The translations under genes were made by a program, and so were the position numbers. The notes under the pieces were generated by a model. The model was not told the DNA's origin, did no database searches, and saw only the letters and a list, made by a program, of their open reading frames with translations. A stretch of 64,000 nt of DNA from NCBI GenBank assembly GCA_965202585.1, contig OZ241827.1, positions 63,054,001-63,118,000 on the forward strand, given 5' to 3'. Origin of the DNA: Thalia democratica. Its lineage: Eukaryota. This document shows positions 59,991 to 64,000 of this stretch, in pieces; positions within the stretch are counted from its first letter, which is position 1; each line of letters opens with the position of its first letter.

Positions 59991-61932
59991 ATGAACTTTA
60001 CAAATTCTACAAATCCAAAAACTCATCAAGATGCACAACAAACTGATCCACTTGTGATCATTGATCCGAGTCAACTTTATGATTATGACGTCATATGTAA
60101 GCGGAATTGTGACGTAAGCTCGTCAAAAAACTCAATGAAGCACCAAAACCATTTAGTTATAAATCAAAGGCATCCTGATTTAAATTTTTACGACCATCAG
60201 CAAGCTTATATGGACCAGATGCCACCAAGTCAGCTTCAAACAGGTCATTACTCGACCAATGCTCAGTTCACAGATCATATTATTAACAATAAAGCTGATG
60301 GTCGTTCAGAATATCAACAACCATCGTATGATTCTGGAAGGCAAGAATTTTGCTTTCAAAATGATGATCAGTATAGCAAGAATGATACTTCTTTTCAAAA
60401 TAACGGTCAGTGTGTCAGTCAAGATATAAATCCCCAGGACAACTACAACATTCATGACCAGCAGCAACACTTTGAAAACCCACAACAACTTGATAGCAGT
60501 AAACTTATTAGGCAACAACAATACTACACAAACAGTTTATCAAATCCACAACAACTTAATAGCAGTAAGCTTAAATACCAGCGACAAAAATCTACAAGTG
60601 GTTTTGCAAATCCACAACAACTAGATAGCAGTAAGATTAACTACAAGCGACAAACTTCTAAAAACAATTTTGCAAATCCACAACAACTCGATAGCAGTAA
60701 ACTTATTCGTCAGCAACTAAGTTCTACAAATAATTTTTCAAACCGAACTTCTACAAATACTTCTGCAAATCCACAACAACTTGATAGCAGTAAACTTATG
60801 CGCAAGCAACTAAGTTCTACAAAGAATTTTTCAAACCAAACTTCTACAAACAGTTCTGCAAATCCACAACAACTTGATAGTAGTAAACTTCTGCGCCAGC
60901 AAAAATTTTCACCGAGTAAGTATGATTGTTACCAGGCACAAGAAAATTACATGCCGACGGGTAAGTGTTTATTGTTTTTTGCAAATGATAAACATTAACT
61001 TTTAGAATGAATATAATTTTAAAATTTATGACAGGATATACTAATGGACAGTGTAATACAGCAGTTCATTCTACAGATTATGTGAGTAGAAAGTAATTTT
61101 TAAACTTTAGTATATTTAGTCGCAAATTCAGATTTTTTTTAAGTTAAATATTAAATTTTGTTTTATTACACTTTGTATTTTAAGTAATCTCTAAAACATA
61201 AATTTTACAGCGACTTCAAAAGCATATGGAAAATCAAAATAACTTTCCATTAGTTAGAAAACTTTCTAAGCCAAGAAAGTGAGTTATTCTAATGATTAAC
61301 ATTTCTTATTATTATTTTCGTTACTGTATACTTCAAATTTTTTGTCACTTGAAAGCATTATAACTACCGTTCTACAAAAATAAAATTAAAAACCTATTTT
61401 ATAGAAAAAGAATAACTATGACGTTCGATCAACTGTATCATATGGAGAATTGTTTTTACAACATAACTGCTTATCCATCGGTGTATAAAGCGAATGAACT
61501 TGCACAAATAACTCATCTTACATTTAAAGAACTCACGGTTAGTATTATAAGAATAGTTTATGAGAACAAACCTGTACAATACACTTTCCTTAAGTTTACG
61601 TTCTTTCGAAGCAAGTTATCAAGTGCAATATTTTTCTGTATGAAAACTAACTTTTACTTAATTTCTATTTAATACTTTTTAAAATATTTTATTTTATTAA
61701 ATAATTATTATGATGCCTTTGTTTAGATTTTTTCATACTATATTTTGTTTCCTACTAACCGATTTTCATAAATTAATTACTCGAAGTATTTTGATATTAA
61801 ACTTACTTATCTTTTATTGTAACCTTAAATGTTATTAGATATTAACGTGTTTAGAGAGTTTTATTTTTTCAGACCTGGTTTAAGAATAGACGCACAAGAG
61901 ATCGTAAACTTGGATTGGAATTAAAAAGATGA
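59991..61932 (+). CDS. Divergent PRD-class K50 homeobox protein, copy B (425 aa)
   Basis: Exons 59991-60960, 61035-61081, 61211-61278, 61405-61537 and 61873-61932; all GT-AG with the same phases as copy A (1278 nt). Homeodomain PRKKRITMTFDQLYHMENCFYNITAYPSVYKANELAQITHLTFKELT/TWFKNRRTRDRK. Confidence 0.9.
60477..60900 (+). repeat. Coding tandem repeat NPQQLDSSKL x6 (units of 22, 22, 22, 31 and 31 aa)
   Basis: aatccacaacaact(t/a/c)gatagcagtaa recurs six times in exon 1 of copy B. Only two units are present in copy A (about 43285-43400). Confidence 0.9.
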
Positions 61933-62749
61933 AAAACTGGATTTTTAATTTTGTTTTTTGATATTTAATTTTTATTATAGCATGTTTAAAAAGTGTAGTA
62001 ATGTTTTTAATCTACTTATTGTAGATTAAAAGATTGCAAAGATGGATTTGAGCTAAAAGATAATAATTATAAATCTTGATATTTTCATTTCTTTAGACAT
62101 ACTATATGAAAAAACATTAAAAAGTTATACAAGCTATAACAGTTTCACCAAATTAAGAAAGTGTACTTATGTGTTTTGCTAAAATTAAATGGAAGCTATG
62201 CCTTATTATATTTATAAACTAATGTTATGTAAACGATAGAGTTCAATTATACAATTTTTTAATAAAGCCATTTTGATTGTATTCTAAAAAATAGTTTTGT
62301 TACTTATTTTGTTGATTAATTGTCTACTTTTGGGTTCAATTTGATAATTTTTTGAATGTAGTTAAACAAGTATATGTCTAGTTTTTTGTTTCTTATTGCA
62401 ATTGTAAAGTTGTTTTAATGAAAATTTTAAAAATGTATTTGCTTTGAATAAAACTTTGCTGCTTCATGTTTTATTTAAACTAATTTGTTTGATTAAAAAA
62501 AAAGTTTATTAAATTTTGTTTTCATCACTTGTTTTCAAAGGTTTCTAAAGAGAAAAATATCTAAAAGTTTGAAGAATCACAAATATTTGATTAATTTTAT
62601 AAGGTTAAAATATTGAAGAGATTTTTTTATAATCTACCTTAGTAGTTGTCACACTTCTAAAAATTTTTTTCAACAATCACAGACTAAGGTTATAAATTAA
62701 GCAATTGAGTCAAAATAACACAAAATAGGCTAGCACAGAATTAAAAGAA

Positions 62750-63030
62750 AAAGCCCTCTATCAGCCGGGATAGACTATGCGTAATTGTGCAAAGAGAATA
62801 AAAATAAATGATAGTAGTAAATTAAAAAGCAAAGTGATGCAGTTAATAAAACAAACAGATAATAGATTTGTTTTCCTTCGGTTTCTATAAATTTTTTTCA
62901 TTCCGTTCTTCAAGTCTTCTGTGTACAATAGATCTTTTTTTGGTCCGGTCATTCGCTAGCAACTATAACTCATCAGATTTATATTCAAGCTCTTCAGGTC
63001 GCACTTGCATAAACGGATAATGACTGATTT
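62750..63030 (-). mobile_element. RTE-clade LINE 3' fragment, paralog of 45420-45712
   Basis: RLCKCDLKSLNIN(frameshift)DEL*LLANDRTKKRSIVHRRLEE, in the same position relative to the homeobox gene. Confidence 0.6.
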
Positions 63031-63065
63031 TATGACTATATAGAAATTAAAACTTTATTGATTTA

Positions 63066-63175
63066 GTAAACACAACTACACTTTTCACCGCAAATCGGAT
63101 TTTCAAATTGTAAACATTACTAAGACATAATCTTTTTATATTTAAATAAGAATTACAAATTAAAAGCCTGGTTTG
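63066..63175. repeat. Imperfect hairpin (about 45-bp arms); empty paralogous site of the young LTR insertion
   Basis: aaacacaactacacttttcaccgcaaa ... tttgcgttgaaatagtgtagttgtgtt. Homologous to 47891-47949 joined to 53737-53824. Confidence 0.7.
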
Positions 63176-64000
63176 CGTTGAAATAGTGTAGTTGTGTTCT
63201 TAAATCATAAAATTTAATTACAATATCGTTTTCGGACATATTACTCTGTTAAAATTGTTTTTAATTTATAGTTAAACTAAAATTTATACATAGTTCAATA
63301 GATATAAATTCCTTTTATTTTTTTAATAAAAGATTCTAAATGAATTTAAGAAGTTAGGTAGATTAAATTTAGGCCAATTTTTTATTTTTTTTGGATGTTA
63401 AAAAAATCTTCCACAATTTTATTTATAAGTTTAAATTTAAACCATTTTAAAAACTTATGATTTTTTTTTTTGCTTGTTACAATTTCAAATAACATTAGAA
63501 ACACAACTAATACTTTCATACACACTATTTACTTTACTTTTTTTAAGGCAAAAATTGTTTACTAAACGTTCACTAAATTTATATTTAGTGTATTTAATAT
63601 TTAAATAGAATTTAAATCGCAACAATTTTGTAAGTTTTTGTAAACTAAATTGTTCGGATCTTCGATGTATGTTTAACTTGACTCGTTATACATCATTTGG
63701 ATATATTTTCTGGCCTTTATTTACACCTAGTTACAAGAATAATAGTCTAAACATTTATTACAAGCTATTTTTTTTTTATAATTTGTGGTCAATCTCGTTT
63801 TGTTAGCTATCATTTCATATTGACTTTATTAATTGTTTTTAAGAATGAAGGGTTTTTTTGAATGAAAATTTTTAAAAACTGTAAATACTAATTGTCAATA
63901 CTAAGTTTTAAACTCTGTAACTAACTACAGTTAACTAGGTTCGAAAATATATATATGATAAAACAAAACTTAGGTATTGATTGTAACCACTTTATTAAAA

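Larger units (their letters stand above)
56700..64000 (+). repeat. Segmental duplication, right copy (runs to the window end; local tandem sub-duplications at 57.2-59.1 kb)
   Basis: Colinear with 39.4-54.6 kb minus the LTR insertions. The block ttactaagataattac.aatttt occurs at 40047, 41656, 57306 and 57611. Confidence 0.8.

Noticed and set aside
60477-60900. Regularly spaced near-identical repeats of about 30 bp with variable spacers, superficially CRISPR-like
   Set aside because: They are in-frame coding repeats within a eukaryotic exon, the spacers are related to each other, and there are no cas genes.

Overview
Very AT-rich (about 20-25% GC by eye), intron-rich eukaryotic DNA, almost certainly from an invertebrate animal: GT-AG introns, TGA/TAA/TAG stops, and animal-type homeobox, C2H2, kelch and TE families. 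The species cannot be determined from the window. In order along the window: (1) a 4-exon gene for three tandem ubiquitin-like domains, broken by two in-frame stops (1173-4084, +). (2) About 13 kb of mostly non-coding DNA with TE debris (foldback arm, Penelope GIY-YIG remnant). (3) A roughly 16-kb multi-exon minus-strand gene with a coiled-coil/zipper-like segment, an acidic 9-aa repeat and three C2H2 fingers (33141->17424); its introns hold several MITEs. (4) A kelch beta-propeller ORF with no intact BTB/BACK head (37096-37995, +). (5) A tandem segmental duplication (about 39.4-54.6 kb vs 56.7-64 kb) carrying two intact 5-exon copies and one truncated copy of a divergent PRD-class K50 homeobox gene that the ORF track misses because of splicing; its Gln-rich N-terminus differs in repeat number (2 vs 6). 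(6) Two LTR retroelements found only in the left duplicate: an older internally deleted Ty3/Gypsy with about 104-bp LTRs, and a very young 5.8-kb element (LTRs 506/507 identical, 4-bp TSD). The young element encodes an intact Gag plus a complete -1 frameshift signal (A_AAA_AAC and an H-type pseudoknot) that leads into a low-complexity ORF with no protease, RT or integrase. No rRNA, tRNA or CRISPR array was recognised. All gene models are manual reconstructions from splice signals and reading phase, without expression data or database searches.
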